Source: Candidatus Zixiibacteriota bacterium
GTDB taxonomy: Bacteria > Zixibacteria > MSB-5A5 > WJJR01
NCBI GenBank assembly: GCA_040752595.1
Contig: JBFMGX010000004.1
Span: forward strand, 91,440-155,439
Direction of reading: 5' to 3'
Length of the DNA: 64,000 nucleotides
Shown: piece by piece, positions 8,212-17,982 of the stretch
Numbering within the stretch: the first letter of the stretch is position 1
Layout: the number at the start of each line of letters is the position of its first letter
Made by a program: the position numbers and the translations under genes
The notes under the pieces: model-generated
The model's input: the letters and a program-made list of their open reading frames with translations, nothing else
Databases searched by the model: none
What the model was told of the DNA's origin: nothing

Positions 8212-10674
8212 ATGACGCACCGTCTCGCCGATGTCGCCTTTCCCGTGCCGGTCTGGCGCGAGTTCACCTATGTGGTCCCGGACACATGGACTGCTGATCC
8301 GGAACCCGGTGACCGCGTGGTCGCGCCGCTTTCGGGGCGTGACACCAAAGGCGTGATCGTGGCGGTGCGCCGAGCGCCTGCGCTCCCGCCGGGGACCAGG
8401 CCGCTCCGTCGTCCCGTCGATCCCGGCTGGCGTCTCCCCCCCGATCTGCTGGAACTCTCACGTTGGGTGTCGGAATACTACCTCTGTGCCTGGGGCGAGG
8501 CGTTGGGGGCCTTGGCTCCGTTGAACGTTAAATGGGGAGCCCAGGAATCGGTCTTTCGGCTCACACGCCCCGATCTGTCTTCCCGGCCAGGTGCTCCCCG
8601 GCGTCTGACGCGTCGGGACAGCGACCTGCTCCGCGCGCTCTCGGTCGAACGACCGACAACCACCTCATCGCTCCTGCGGCGCATGGAGATGTCCCGCCGG
8701 TCGCTGGAGCAGGTCTTGGCACGAATGGTCGCCCGCGGGTACGTCTCTGTCGATTGGCGGGCCGCCGTTCCGCCACTGCCGCGAATGGCCACGGTACAGG
8801 GAGTGGATGCCGCCGCGTACGACCGCATTCCACTTTCTGTCAGGGAGTTTTTCGCCGATCCTGATCGCTCCACGCCGGGAGCCAGCGTGGCCGAAGTTGC
8901 CGCCCGGATTCCCGGCGGCATGGCCGCACTCCGGAATCTGGCTCTCGACGACACGCTGCTGTGGGATCCAATCGCCAGGGAGGCGAGCCCATTACAGGTC
9001 GGACAGCCCGTATCGGAACCGGGTCGCTCGGACTTGAATTCCGATCAAGCCGCCGCCGCCGACCGCATCGAGGCGATGCTGCACGGCGGCGAGTTCGCCT
9101 GTGCCCTGTTATGGGGACCGACCGGATCGGGAAAAACCGCTGTCTACTGCGAGGCGATCCGCCGCGTGCGGTCTTGCGGGCGGCGCGCGTTGTTTCTTGT
9201 CCCTGAAATCGGTCTGGCCTCACAGATGATCCGCCGTCTAAAGGTCTCTCTCGGCGGTCCGATCGCGGTCTGGCACAGCGGCCTGTCGGCCGTCGAGCGC
9301 TACTGGATGGCACGCTTGGTGGCGCGCGGCCGCTACCCTTTGGTCGTCGGAGCGCGCTCAGCCGTCTTCGCGCCGATACCCGACCTCGGTCTGATCATTG
9401 TCGATGAGGAGCATTCCGAGTCGTACAAACAATCCGACCCCGCCCCGCGCTACCATGCCCGCGATGTCGCCGTGGTGCGCGCCCGCATGAACCGAGCGCT
9501 CTGTCTGCTCGGATCAGCGACGCCGTCGTGTGAGACTTACCACAATGCCACTTCCGGCAAGTACGTGATGTTGCGGCTGGAACGCCGCGTGCGTTCCCGA
9601 CCGTTGCCGATCGTCCGGCTGGTTGACCTCCGTCATCGCCCGGGAACTGAAACCGACGCGTGGATCACTCCCGAGTTGCGGTCCGCCCTTCTGGCCACCC
9701 TGCAGGCCGGGCGCAAGGCAATTGTCTTCATCAATCGTCGTGGTCATTCGACGATGGTCGCCTGCAAGCGCTGCGGCCACAGCGAACACTGCCCCGACTG
9801 CGGCCTGACGCTGACCTATCATGCCACCGACCGCACGTTCCGCTGCCACTTCTGCACGCGGAGCCAGCCGGCGGCGGATGCTTGTCCGGCGTGCGGCGGA
9901 ACCGATTTCCTATTTCATGGAGTCGGCACGCAGAAGATCGAAGATGCGCTGACCGACCTTGATCCCGCCGTACGCCTGGCGCGTCTCGATGCCGATGTCG
10001 CCGCGCGACGGGGTGCCGCTGCGGAGATCCTCGACGGGTTTGCCGGCGACCGGTTCAACCTGCTCGTCGGCACACAGATGGTCGCCAAGGGACTGGACGT
10101 CGCCGATGTCGGGCTGGTCGGCGTCATCTGGGCCGATCAACAACTGGCTTTTCCCGATTTTCGCGCCGAGGAGAAGGTGTTTCAGCTACTGACCCAGGTG
10201 GCCGGTCGTGCCGGCCGTGGTGAGTCGAATCACGGCAGGGGAGAGGTGCTGGTGCAGACCTTCCATCCCGAGCATGAATTGATCGAGTTGGCCGCGTCAC
10301 AAAGCGCCGAGCTGTTCTTCACTCGTGAGTTGCCCCGCCGCAGACAATTGCACTACCCGCCCTTCACACGTCTGATTCTCATTGCATTCGCCGCGACCAC
10401 ACAGGCCGCCGCCCGCGCCGCGGCTCTGGATCTCGCCACTTACTGGCACGGAATCCCCGATGCCAGGCGACGTACCGCCGGACGCCTCCTGGGTCCGGCG
10501 CCGGCAGCGATTCCGCGTCGCGCCGACCGCTACCTCGTCCACGCACTGATCAAGACGTCATCGACGCGCCGCACGGCAGAACTCTTGCGCCAATTCCATG
10601 AAGATCACGACGCGGCCCAACGCCGCACGCATGTCACCATGACCATCGACGTCGATCCCGTGGACTTCCTGTAG
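8212..10674 (+). CDS. priA: Primosomal protein N' (replication restart helicase PriA).
   Basis: A Walker A motif (GPTGSGKT), a DEEH box, and a Cys-rich zinc-binding insert (CKRCGHSEHCPDCG…CHFC…CPACG) are present. The start is taken at MTHRLADVAFPVP, because the upstream part of the six-frame ORF is the repeat element. Confidence 0.9.
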   Translation: MTHRLADVAFPVPVWREFTYVVPDTWTADPEPGDRVVAPLSGRDTKGVIVAVRRAPALPPGTRPLRRPVDPGWRLPPDLLELSRWVSEYYLCAWGEALGALAPLNVKWGAQESVFRLTRPDLSSRPGAPRRLTRRDSDLLRALSVERPTTTSSLLRRMEMSRRSLEQVLARMVARGYVSVDWRAAVPPLPRMATVQGVDAAAYDRIPLSVREFFADPDRSTPGASVAEVAARIPGGMAALRNLALDDTLLWDPIAREASPLQVGQPVSEPGRSDLNSDQAAAADRIEAMLHGGEFACALLWGPTGSGKTAVYCEAIRRVRSCGRRALFLVPEIGLASQMIRRLKVSLGGPIAVWHSGLSAVERYWMARLVARGRYPLVVGARSAVFAPIPDLGLIIVDEEHSESYKQSDPAPRYHARDVAVVRARMNRALCLLGSATPSCETYHNATSGKYVMLRLERRVRSRPLPIVRLVDLRHRPGTETDAWITPELRSALLATLQAGRKAIVFINRRGHSTMVACKRCGHSEHCPDCGLTLTYHATDRTFRCHFCTRSQPAADACPACGGTDFLFHGVGTQKIEDALTDLDPAVRLARLDADVAARRGAAAEILDGFAGDRFNLLVGTQMVAKGLDVADVGLVGVIWADQQLAFPDFRAEEKVFQLLTQVAGRAGRGESNHGRGEVLVQTFHPEHELIELAASQSAELFFTRELPRRRQLHYPPFTRLILIAFAATTQAAARAAALDLATYWHGIPDARRRTAGRLLGPAPAAIPRRADRYLVHALIKTSSTRRTAELLRQFHEDHDAAQRRTHVTMTIDVDPVDFL

Positions 10675-10692
10675 GGTGGGCTCTGCCCACCT
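10671..10692 (+). repeat. REP-like palindromic unit GTAGGGTGGGCTCTGCCCACC.
   Basis: The sequence GTAGG is followed by an 8-bp palindrome. The unit overlaps the priA stop codon. Related copies lie at 14033, 15710, 42704 (reverse) and 55686. Confidence 0.55.
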
Positions 10693-10753
10693 CTGAACTG
10701 TGTGCCACGGACCTTGGTCCGTGCCGGCGGTGGGAGCGTATGGCCGGACGCCC

Positions 10754-12175
10754 CTACGGCACGCACGGATTGCAGAATTCAGTCGCCGCACTTGCCCCGC
10801 GAAAAGAGACGTTCACCACCTTGACGACATCCTGCACGGTGGTGAAGGAATCACAATTGACGTCCGTCCGCTCGCGCGGGCAATCGGGATCGAACATCGG
10901 CTCAACTCCGCGAAATGCCACGTTCACCGTCTGCACCACGTCCTGCACATTGGCCACACTATCGCATTGTGGATCGCCATGGCACGGACAGACGCACTGC
11001 ACGATCACCGACCACATGGCGGAATCGCGACGGACCCCCACGGAGTCAATCCGCACCAGCGTGGTCGTGTCGCTGACCACGCATTTGACGGCGTGGGTGC
11101 CCAGGCCCAGCGCGACGCCGTCGACGATTGCCATCCCCGGTACGGGAGGCGTGTACGGCGAGCCGTCGATCGTCCATTGCAGGCGGAGAGTCGACGGCAA
11201 CGGCACCTTGGTCACGACCCGCAGCGTCTCCGTCTCCGCCGGTGCCATGGTGACCACGCTGGAGACCGGGAGCATCGAGTCGATCGGCGACACCAGGCCA
11301 TAATGCGACAGTACGATGTTCTCGGCACAAATACGGCAGTATGCGATACCGAGCGAACGCATCTTACAGTCGAGCATTGGTCGGTACCAGCCGATGGAAT
11401 GGTAGTGCGCCCCTTCGAACAAACCCACGACGGCCGAGTATGCCGGCAGCTCGGGCGTTGGAATCGGCGTGGTCAGTAGTATCCAGTCCCGCCACTTGAT
11501 GTAGTCGGGATCGGTCTGCCGCGTGGTGTTGGGCTCCTCGATGTCGGGATATCCGGGGTAGGGATCCTCGTACTCGTCGCCCAGATCCGCGTAGGAATGC
11601 CCCAGCTCGTGCAGGACGACCTCCGGGGCGGCGGCGTGCACTGAGGCGATGGCAAACTCCCCACCTGAGCCGCCATACTGCGGGTCATTGACCAGAATCA
11701 GGACAACGTCGTAATCGGGCAGGTGCTGCGACAGCAACGCGTAGACTTTGCCGGCGCCGTGCGACCAATCTCCGTCCCAATCGTTGGGAGGGATGGTGAT
11801 CAGTCGTTGGATCCCGTAGGAGTCATACGTGCTGTTGAAATAGGTGTCGCGCAGCAGCGGTTCACCGCCGCTATGGTGATCGGAGCCCTCCTCGTTGGAA
11901 GCGACGAAAATCGCGTATTCGTTGAAGTAATCGCGGTACTCACCCCAGGGGGAGGTCGTGTGGAAGGTGGACATGGCATTTGTCGCATCGGTCAGAAACG
12001 GGCCCTCCTGCGATGCCAGATACCCCTCCGCCAGCACCACGATGTTGATGCGTTTGGTGTTCGGTCCCGTCACACGCAACGTGTGCAATGTCCCCTGGGC
12101 AATCGTCGCGGTTGCCGATGACAGAAGCAAGAGAGCGGCGGGACCGCCAATCGCCAGCGCGCGCGGAAAGGTCAT
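10754..12175 (-). CDS. Secreted M64-family (IgA-peptidase-like) zinc metallopeptidase with C-terminal dockerin-like repeats.
   Basis: HELGHSYADLGDEYE is the M64-type HExxH…DEY zinc site. The signal peptide is MTFPRALAIGGPAALLLLSSATATIAQG. Two C-terminal repeats (CDSVANVQDVVQTVNVAFRG and CDSFTTVQDVVKVVNVSFRG) resemble dockerin motifs. Confidence 0.7.
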   Translation of the reverse strand: MTFPRALAIGGPAALLLLSSATATIAQGTLHTLRVTGPNTKRINIVVLAEGYLASQEGPFLTDATNAMSTFHTTSPWGEYRDYFNEYAIFVASNEEGSDHHSGGEPLLRDTYFNSTYDSYGIQRLITIPPNDWDGDWSHGAGKVYALLSQHLPDYDVVLILVNDPQYGGSGGEFAIASVHAAAPEVVLHELGHSYADLGDEYEDPYPGYPDIEEPNTTRQTDPDYIKWRDWILLTTPIPTPELPAYSAVVGLFEGAHYHSIGWYRPMLDCKMRSLGIAYCRICAENIVLSHYGLVSPIDSMLPVSSVVTMAPAETETLRVVTKVPLPSTLRLQWTIDGSPYTPPVPGMAIVDGVALGLGTHAVKCVVSDTTTLVRIDSVGVRRDSAMWSVIVQCVCPCHGDPQCDSVANVQDVVQTVNVAFRGVEPMFDPDCPRERTDVNCDSFTTVQDVVKVVNVSFRGASAATEFCNPCVP

Positions 12176-12669
12176 TTCTGCACCTCCCGCCATGGACAAT
12201 CAACACTCCCGATTAGTCGGCGGACGCGCACCGTCTTGCCATCTGCTCCCGTTGTCCGCTCTATCCGGTAGACGGCAATGCGGCTGGCCGCTGAGTCGGC
12301 GGGAACGCGGATGACCGCGCGTGCCGAGTCGACCGTGACAAACTTGGCCTTGATCTGTCCCGGATGATCCGGGTCCTCGTACTCCAGGCGCCGCCGCAAC
12401 GGGTCGGAGAGATTCCCTTTCCAGATTACCTCTCCGGACGCGGTCGTGGTTTCGTACTCCCACTCGCCGTGCGCTGACTTCGCCCGCGACGGTCGCAGAT
12501 CGCCCTCGACGACCGTCCAGTCCAGCAGACGCACGTGGTCTGGTGCCAGGAGCATTGTCAGAAAGGCAATTCCTTTCCCGCCGCCTTTCTCAGCCCAAGC
12601 CAACGACGAACAAACGAGCACTGCCGCTACTGCCAGCATGAGCAGGCGGACGCAACCGGTGATCTTCAT
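12172..12669 (-). CDS. Small secreted hypothetical protein, translationally coupled to the M64 peptidase gene.
   Basis: The signal peptide is MKITGCVRLLMLAVAAVLVCSSLAWA. The mature part is about 140 aa and beta-rich. The stop TGA overlaps the peptidase ATG as ATGA. Confidence 0.5.
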   Translation of the reverse strand: MKITGCVRLLMLAVAAVLVCSSLAWAEKGGGKGIAFLTMLLAPDHVRLLDWTVVEGDLRPSRAKSAHGEWEYETTTASGEVIWKGNLSDPLRRRLEYEDPDHPGQIKAKFVTVDSARAVIRVPADSAASRIAVYRIERTTGADGKTVRVRRLIGSVDCPWREVQK

Positions 12670-12800
12670 AGGCACCTCGCATTCTTGGGGAGACCTTCGC
12701 CTCTTCACCAATATAACAGGTTGCCGGAATTCCCGAGCCGTGAATGGCGGGACAGATGACTCCGGTACCATCGCGAGTCTCCGCCCGACATTGCCATGAC

Positions 12801-12814
12801 AATAACCGGTTATT
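12801..12814. promoter_or_regulatory. Perfect 14-bp palindrome AATAACCGGTTATT in the divergent intergenic region.
   Basis: The palindrome lies between the - strand secreted-protein/M64 operon and purM. A TTGACT follows immediately. Confidence 0.25.
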
Positions 12815-12951
12815 GACTTGCGCCCCCCAGACCGGCTTAATGACTGCGTCCCTCCTGCCGGGTAGCCAGGTAGGGATGCTCAGCGCGGGTGGGTCCAGTT
12901 GCCCGGCCCGATGAGCAACCTATTCCCGAACAACGGATTGGGACGGCTCCA

Positions 12952-13995
12952 ATGGCGCGCAAAATGACCTATGCTTCTGCCGGGGTGGATCTGGCTGCCG
13001 CCGATGAGGCGGTGGCGAAGATCGGCGATCTGGCCAGAAGCACGTACACCGATGCTGTCCTCGCAGGCGTGGGACCGTTTTCCGGGCTTCTGCGGCTCGA
13101 TCTGGCCGGGTATCGCGAGCCGATCCTGGTTTCCAGTTGCGACGGTGTTGGTACGAAGCTGAAAATCGCCATCCGCTCCGGATATCATAAGACCATCGGC
13201 GCCGATCTGGTCAATCACTGCGTCAACGACATCCTCACTTGCGGCGCCAAACCGCTGGCCTTCCTCGACTACCTGGCGCTGGCACGGGTCGAGCCGGGTG
13301 TGGTGGCCGATGTCATCAGCGGCATCGCGACCGCCTGCCGCGACAACGGCATGGCCCTGATCGGCGGCGAAACCGCCGAAATGCCGGGGATCTACAAGCG
13401 CGGCGACTACGACCTCGCCGGTTTCATCACCGGGATCGTCGAACGGGATCGCATTGTCGATGGCTCCCGGCTCTCGCCGGGCAATACCCTGATCGGGCTG
13501 GCTTCGTCGGGGCCGCACACCAATGGGTATTCACTGATCCGTAAGATTCTCTTCGACCAGAACCACTTCGAGCTCGACGATCGCCCCGAGGAGCTGGGCA
13601 GCACCATCGGCGAGGCGGTGATGGCGGTGCACCGCTCGTATGCCGCAGCGGTCCGCGGGCTTCTCGATGCCGAGCTCGTTCTGGGCATGGCTCACATCAC
13701 TGGTGGCGGTATCGCCGGGAACCTCGTCCGCATCCTACCTGAGGGTCTGCAGGCGGTCATCGACACGACACGTTGGCCCGTGACGCCTGTCTTCGCGTTC
13801 CTGCAACGGGCGGGAAATGTCGATCGCGATGAGATGTTCCGCGTTTTCAACATGGGGATCGGTTACATCATCGCCGTCGACAGCGAACGCGCCAAACAGG
13901 CGCTCGGCCTGTTGGCCGAATCCGGCGAGACCGCGCACGTGATCGGCAATCTCACCTCCGGCCCGCGCCAGGTGCGGCTCAATCATCCCCAATAG
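12952..13995 (+). CDS. purM: Phosphoribosylformylglycinamidine cyclo-ligase (AIR synthetase).
   Basis: The N-terminus MARKMTYASAGVDLAAADEAV is typical of PurM, and the AIRS N- and C-domains follow (…DGVGTKLKIA…GGETAEMPG…). Confidence 0.9.
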   Translation: MARKMTYASAGVDLAAADEAVAKIGDLARSTYTDAVLAGVGPFSGLLRLDLAGYREPILVSSCDGVGTKLKIAIRSGYHKTIGADLVNHCVNDILTCGAKPLAFLDYLALARVEPGVVADVISGIATACRDNGMALIGGETAEMPGIYKRGDYDLAGFITGIVERDRIVDGSRLSPGNTLIGLASSGPHTNGYSLIRKILFDQNHFELDDRPEELGSTIGEAVMAVHRSYAAAVRGLLDAELVLGMAHITGGGIAGNLVRILPEGLQAVIDTTRWPVTPVFAFLQRAGNVDRDEMFRVFNMGIGYIIAVDSERAKQALGLLAESGETAHVIGNLTSGPRQVRLNHPQ

Positions 13996-14032
13996 GCCAT
14001 GGGGTGGAACGGGCTGCCATAAGTTTGCTCTT

Positions 14033-14106
14033 GTAGGGCGGGTTCTGCCCGCCATCTCTTTAGTCTGATATGGCGGGCGGCTTGTCCTGAGTGGAGCCGA
14101 AGGAAG
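14033..14106 (+). repeat. REP-like unit (GTAGGGCGGGTTCTGCCCGCC), a second hairpin, and a CTTGTCCTGAGYGGAGCCGAAGGAAG motif.
   Basis: The REP lies 38 nt after the purM stop. GCCCGCCAT…ATGGCGGGC forms a 9-bp stem. The CTTGTCCTGAGCG..GCCGAAGGA motif recurs at 42602 and 45209. Confidence 0.5.
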
Positions 14107-14121
14107 CCCTCCCTACTGTCT

Positions 14122-15651
14122 GTGTTGCGCTCTCTCTCCCATTTCTCACCGACGATATCGGCCGCCCTGGCCGGCGGCCTTCTCGCACTGGCGTTCCCGC
14201 CCTTTCCATTCGGCTTGCTCGCTTATCCCGCCATCGCCTGTGCCCTCTGGGCCGTGGGGATCGGTGGCCATCCGGCGACCATCTCGATCCGCGCCATGGC
14301 CTGGCGCGGCTGGGTCTTCGGCTTCGTCTTCCATCTCGGCACCCTGTACTGGATCGGCTGGGTCGCCATCCCCGGGATGCTGGCGATGGTCATCATCCTG
14401 GCTTTGTATGTCTCGGCGGTCTTTGCTCTCTGTGCCTATTTGCAACGGGCGCTCGGCGCGTGGGCGATCTGGCTGTTCCCGGTCGTGTGGACTGCCCATG
14501 AGCACCTGCGTGAGTGGGGCGCGTTGGCCTTCCCGTGGACAAATTTGTCGCTCACGCATGCCGCCTATCCGGCGCTGATTCAATACGCCGACGTCACCGG
14601 CGACTTGGGGATCTCATTCATCATCGTGCTTCTTGGTGTTTCCCTCCACCAAATCGTGGACAATGTCGTCGCTGGACGGACCCGGGCACTCGTCGTGAAC
14701 CTGGTGGTTTTCGGCCTCGGATTCGCAGTCCCGTATCTCTACGGACGTGCAGCGCTCTCTGGGCTGAAGCCCGTCGACACCGTCCGGGTCGCAGTTCTAC
14801 AGGGAGACATCGACTCATTCCGCAAATGGGATGAAGGTTTTACCGACCAGTCGATGGCGGTGTATGAGGCACAGACCCGGACCGCTGCGGCCCATGGCGC
14901 CGAGCTGATCGTCTGGCCGGAAACCGCCGCCCCGATCTACCTCCGCGCCGACGAACGCTATCATCGCGAGCTGCGGCTTCTGTCTCAGGAACTCACCATA
15001 CCGCTTCTGATCGGCACGCTGGAGTTTCGACGTACCCAGCCGGAGGGGTACTTGCGCTATAATGCCGCCGTGGCCCTGAGCAACGGACACTACGCCCCCG
15101 ACTTCCATGCCAAGCTGCATCTGGTCCCTTTCGGCGAGTGGATCCCATTCTCGGATCGATTCCGTGTCCTCGACAAGCTCGAGGTCGGCGGGGCACATTT
15201 CACCGCCGGCGATCGGTATGTGCTCTTTGATCACCCGAAGGGACCGTACGCCGTCGCGATCTGCTACGAATCGGCCTTTCCCGCCATTGTCCGTCACTTT
15301 GTCGACGCTGGCGCGCGGTTTCTCGTCACGATTACAAACGATGGCTGGTACGGCTTTTCATCCGGCCCGGCGCAGCATGCGGCCATCGCGATCTTTCGCT
15401 CCATTGAAACCCGGTGCCCCATGGCACGGGCGGCCAACACCGGCATTTCGGGGTTCATCGACCGCGCCGGTCTCTTTCACGAAGCGACTGCGCAATATGT
15501 GCCCGATGTCCGTCTTCATGATTTGCCGCTTGGCCCGCCCGATGAGAAGACGTTCTTTGTGCTCCATGGCATGTACTGGGGCCAGCTTTGTTCGCTTGCG
15601 ACTGCCGTTCTGCTCGTGGCGGCATTCGCCATCCGCCGCCGGAACCCTTGA
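14122..15651 (+). CDS. lnt: Apolipoprotein N-acyltransferase.
   Basis: Multiple N-terminal TM helices are followed by a CN-hydrolase domain (…VWPETAAPIY…AICYESAFP…). Confidence 0.85.
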   Translation: MLRSLSHFSPTISAALAGGLLALAFPPFPFGLLAYPAIACALWAVGIGGHPATISIRAMAWRGWVFGFVFHLGTLYWIGWVAIPGMLAMVIILALYVSAVFALCAYLQRALGAWAIWLFPVVWTAHEHLREWGALAFPWTNLSLTHAAYPALIQYADVTGDLGISFIIVLLGVSLHQIVDNVVAGRTRALVVNLVVFGLGFAVPYLYGRAALSGLKPVDTVRVAVLQGDIDSFRKWDEGFTDQSMAVYEAQTRTAAAHGAELIVWPETAAPIYLRADERYHRELRLLSQELTIPLLIGTLEFRRTQPEGYLRYNAAVALSNGHYAPDFHAKLHLVPFGEWIPFSDRFRVLDKLEVGGAHFTAGDRYVLFDHPKGPYAVAICYESAFPAIVRHFVDAGARFLVTITNDGWYGFSSGPAQHAAIAIFRSIETRCPMARAANTGISGFIDRAGLFHEATAQYVPDVRLHDLPLGPPDEKTFFVLHGMYWGQLCSLATAVLLVAAFAIRRRNP

Positions 15652-15669
15652 CAGATTCCTGACACACGC

Positions 15670-17982
15670 ATGGGAATGACCGTCGGTCCATCCCTGTCAT
15701 CCCGAGATCGTAGGGTGGGTGCTCCGCACCCACCGCTCTCCAAGCTCGTGTCTTCGTTGTCCGTGGTGGCTATAGTGGCCTTGGTGGCGACACCGACCGC
15801 CGCCGAGCGCCTCTCGCACTGGACGAATTACACCGATGTCCGGGAGGTGACGGCGTTGGCTGCCTCCGGCGACTCCCTTTGGGTCGCATCACGCGGCGGC
15901 TTGGTCCGTCTCGACCCCTGGGACACCGTTGGGGAGCGCCGCTTCACAAACGCCGACGGGCTTGGCGGGAACGACTTACGCTTCGTCACGGTGGATTCGC
16001 AGGGAACACTCTGGACCGGCGGGACGAATGGGCGCTTGTCGCACCGCCGCAGTGATGCCCGTTGGGACACCTACCGTTTCGAGAACGACAACGGCATTCC
16101 GATTGCACTGAATGCCGCCGCCCCGGGGCCGGATGGTTTCCTCTGGATCGCCTCCGACGTCGGCGTACACAAGTTCGACACACAACGCCACGGTGGTGAG
16201 ATCAAGGAAACCTACACCCGCATCGGCGAATGGCCCGATGGTGCGGCCGTGCGGGACATCATGGTCCGGGATGGTCTCTTGTGGGCGGTCGGCGATGCCG
16301 GTGTGGCACGCGCGCGTCTCGATGATCCCTTCCTGCTCGATCGGTCCCACTGGCAGACATGGACCGGAATCAGCGCCCTGAGCACGGTCACCGTCCATGT
16401 GGGCTCGACCTATGCCGGGGGCACCGGCGGCCTCTTTGTTCTGGCAGACGTCTCTTTGGGTGAGCCGGTCGGCGACAGCGTGTGGCGGCGGGTTCCCTTG
16501 GCGCCGGGCGTGACGATCGTGCGCGATCTCCACAGCGATGGGGACACACTATGGATCGCGTCGCCGTCGGGACTGGTCTGGTATGGCGCTTCCAATGCCG
16601 GCATCGACGACATCCCCGGTGCGACGGCGAGCCGGTTCGTCAGCGTTACGGGCGCCGGCGACGGCACTCTCTGGGTCGGTGAGCAGGGAATGGGGCTTTG
16701 GCAGCGAGGCGGCGGTTGGTCGCGCATCGAACTTGCGGGTCCGCTGGACAATGCCTTCACCGATATCGCGGTCGGCGAGGATGGCCGGGTTTGGTGCATG
16801 CACGCCGGCTATGGCGCCGACTTCCTCTCCGAGGGGCACTGGACCAAACTCCCGTTCTTTGAGGCCGGACCGAGCTTTCCCGGCACCTCGGTGGCTGTCG
16901 CGCCCAATGGCGAGATCTGGCTGGGGAGTTGGGGGACAGGCGCCTGGCGTGTCAATCCATCGGCGCCGCTGAGCGACACCGGCCATACGCACTATGACAC
17001 GCTCAACAGCACGTTGCGTGGCGTGAGTGCCGGAGGGGGACAGAGCACGAACTATGTGGTTCTCCTCGACGTGAGTGTCGACCCCCTCGGCAGGGTCTGG
17101 TTCGCCAATGCCTTTGCGGACTTGGGTCCTGCATTGGTCTTCACAGACCAGGGGTGCTGGGGTCGCTTCGACTCGACCGATGGACTGGTGTCCGCTCAGC
17201 CCACGGCGCTGTGGGCTGAGCCGGACCGTGTTCTGATCGGGACCGCCGATGCCGGGCTGGTGGAACTCACCTACGCGGAGCCGCTTTGCTCCGGCGGTGA
17301 ACCGGTGCCCCAGCGGGGTCACGTGCGCGAGTGGACGACCAAGGACTTCCTGCCGTCCGACAATGTGCGTGCCGTCTTGATCGATCGCGCCGACTCCGTG
17401 TGGGTCGGCACGAACGTTGGACTGGCCCGCTATGCCTCCGACCGGCGGCGGTTCTTCGACATCGCTCTCCCTTCCGAGGCAGGGCTGACCATCAATGCCC
17501 TCGCCGCCGATGCTGCCAACCGCATCTGGGTCGGAACGTCACTGGGGCTGGTTGTCATCGCCGGTGATGGGGACATGGCCTACTACAATTCCACCAATTC
17601 CGGTCTGGCCGGCGATGCCGTCGAGGCGATTGCCATGGACAATCGCCGGGGAACAGCTTGGATTGCCACGGAGACGGGACTATCACAGACCCGTACTGCG
17701 CTTCCTCCCGCCGACGCCGTCGACGAGGTCATCGCCTACCCCAATCCGTTTGATCTGTCCTCATCCACTTCGGGAGGCGTGCAATTCAATGCTCCCTTCG
17801 GCAGCCGGATCTTCATCTTCACCGTCGACGGTCGACCGGTGGCGGACCTTGATGCCTCGGTTGGCTGGGACGGGCGTGGCGACCAGGGGGAGTTGGTGGC
17901 CTCCGGGGTCTACCTCTTCGTGGTCCGCGGTCCCGATGGTGAACACGGTCACGGCAAGATCGCCGTCCGACGGCGCCCATAG
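15670..17982 (+). CDS. Secreted beta-propeller (two-component-regulator-propeller/Reg_prop repeats) protein with type IX secretion C-terminal sorting domain.
   Basis: At least 12 repeats of the form (L/V)W(V/I)(A/G)(T/S)…GL are present. The C-terminus …YPNPFDLSS…FIFTVDGRPVADL…WDGRGDQGELVASGVYLFVV matches the T9SS CTD/FlgD-Ig pattern. The start is uncertain because a REP unit lies in the first 70 nt of the ORF. Confidence 0.7.
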   Translation: MGMTVGPSLSSRDRRVGAPHPPLSKLVSSLSVVAIVALVATPTAAERLSHWTNYTDVREVTALAASGDSLWVASRGGLVRLDPWDTVGERRFTNADGLGGNDLRFVTVDSQGTLWTGGTNGRLSHRRSDARWDTYRFENDNGIPIALNAAAPGPDGFLWIASDVGVHKFDTQRHGGEIKETYTRIGEWPDGAAVRDIMVRDGLLWAVGDAGVARARLDDPFLLDRSHWQTWTGISALSTVTVHVGSTYAGGTGGLFVLADVSLGEPVGDSVWRRVPLAPGVTIVRDLHSDGDTLWIASPSGLVWYGASNAGIDDIPGATASRFVSVTGAGDGTLWVGEQGMGLWQRGGGWSRIELAGPLDNAFTDIAVGEDGRVWCMHAGYGADFLSEGHWTKLPFFEAGPSFPGTSVAVAPNGEIWLGSWGTGAWRVNPSAPLSDTGHTHYDTLNSTLRGVSAGGGQSTNYVVLLDVSVDPLGRVWFANAFADLGPALVFTDQGCWGRFDSTDGLVSAQPTALWAEPDRVLIGTADAGLVELTYAEPLCSGGEPVPQRGHVREWTTKDFLPSDNVRAVLIDRADSVWVGTNVGLARYASDRRRFFDIALPSEAGLTINALAADAANRIWVGTSLGLVVIAGDGDMAYYNSTNSGLAGDAVEAIAMDNRRGTAWIATETGLSQTRTALPPADAVDEVIAYPNPFDLSSSTSGGVQFNAPFGSRIFIFTVDGRPVADLDASVGWDGRGDQGELVASGVYLFVVRGPDGEHGHGKIAVRRRP
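15710..15734 (+). repeat. REP-like unit GTAGGGTGGGTGCTCCGCACCCACC.
   Basis: The unit has the same GTAGG-plus-palindrome architecture as the copies at 10671, 14033 and 55686. It sits inside the annotated 5' end of the propeller ORF. Confidence 0.5.
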
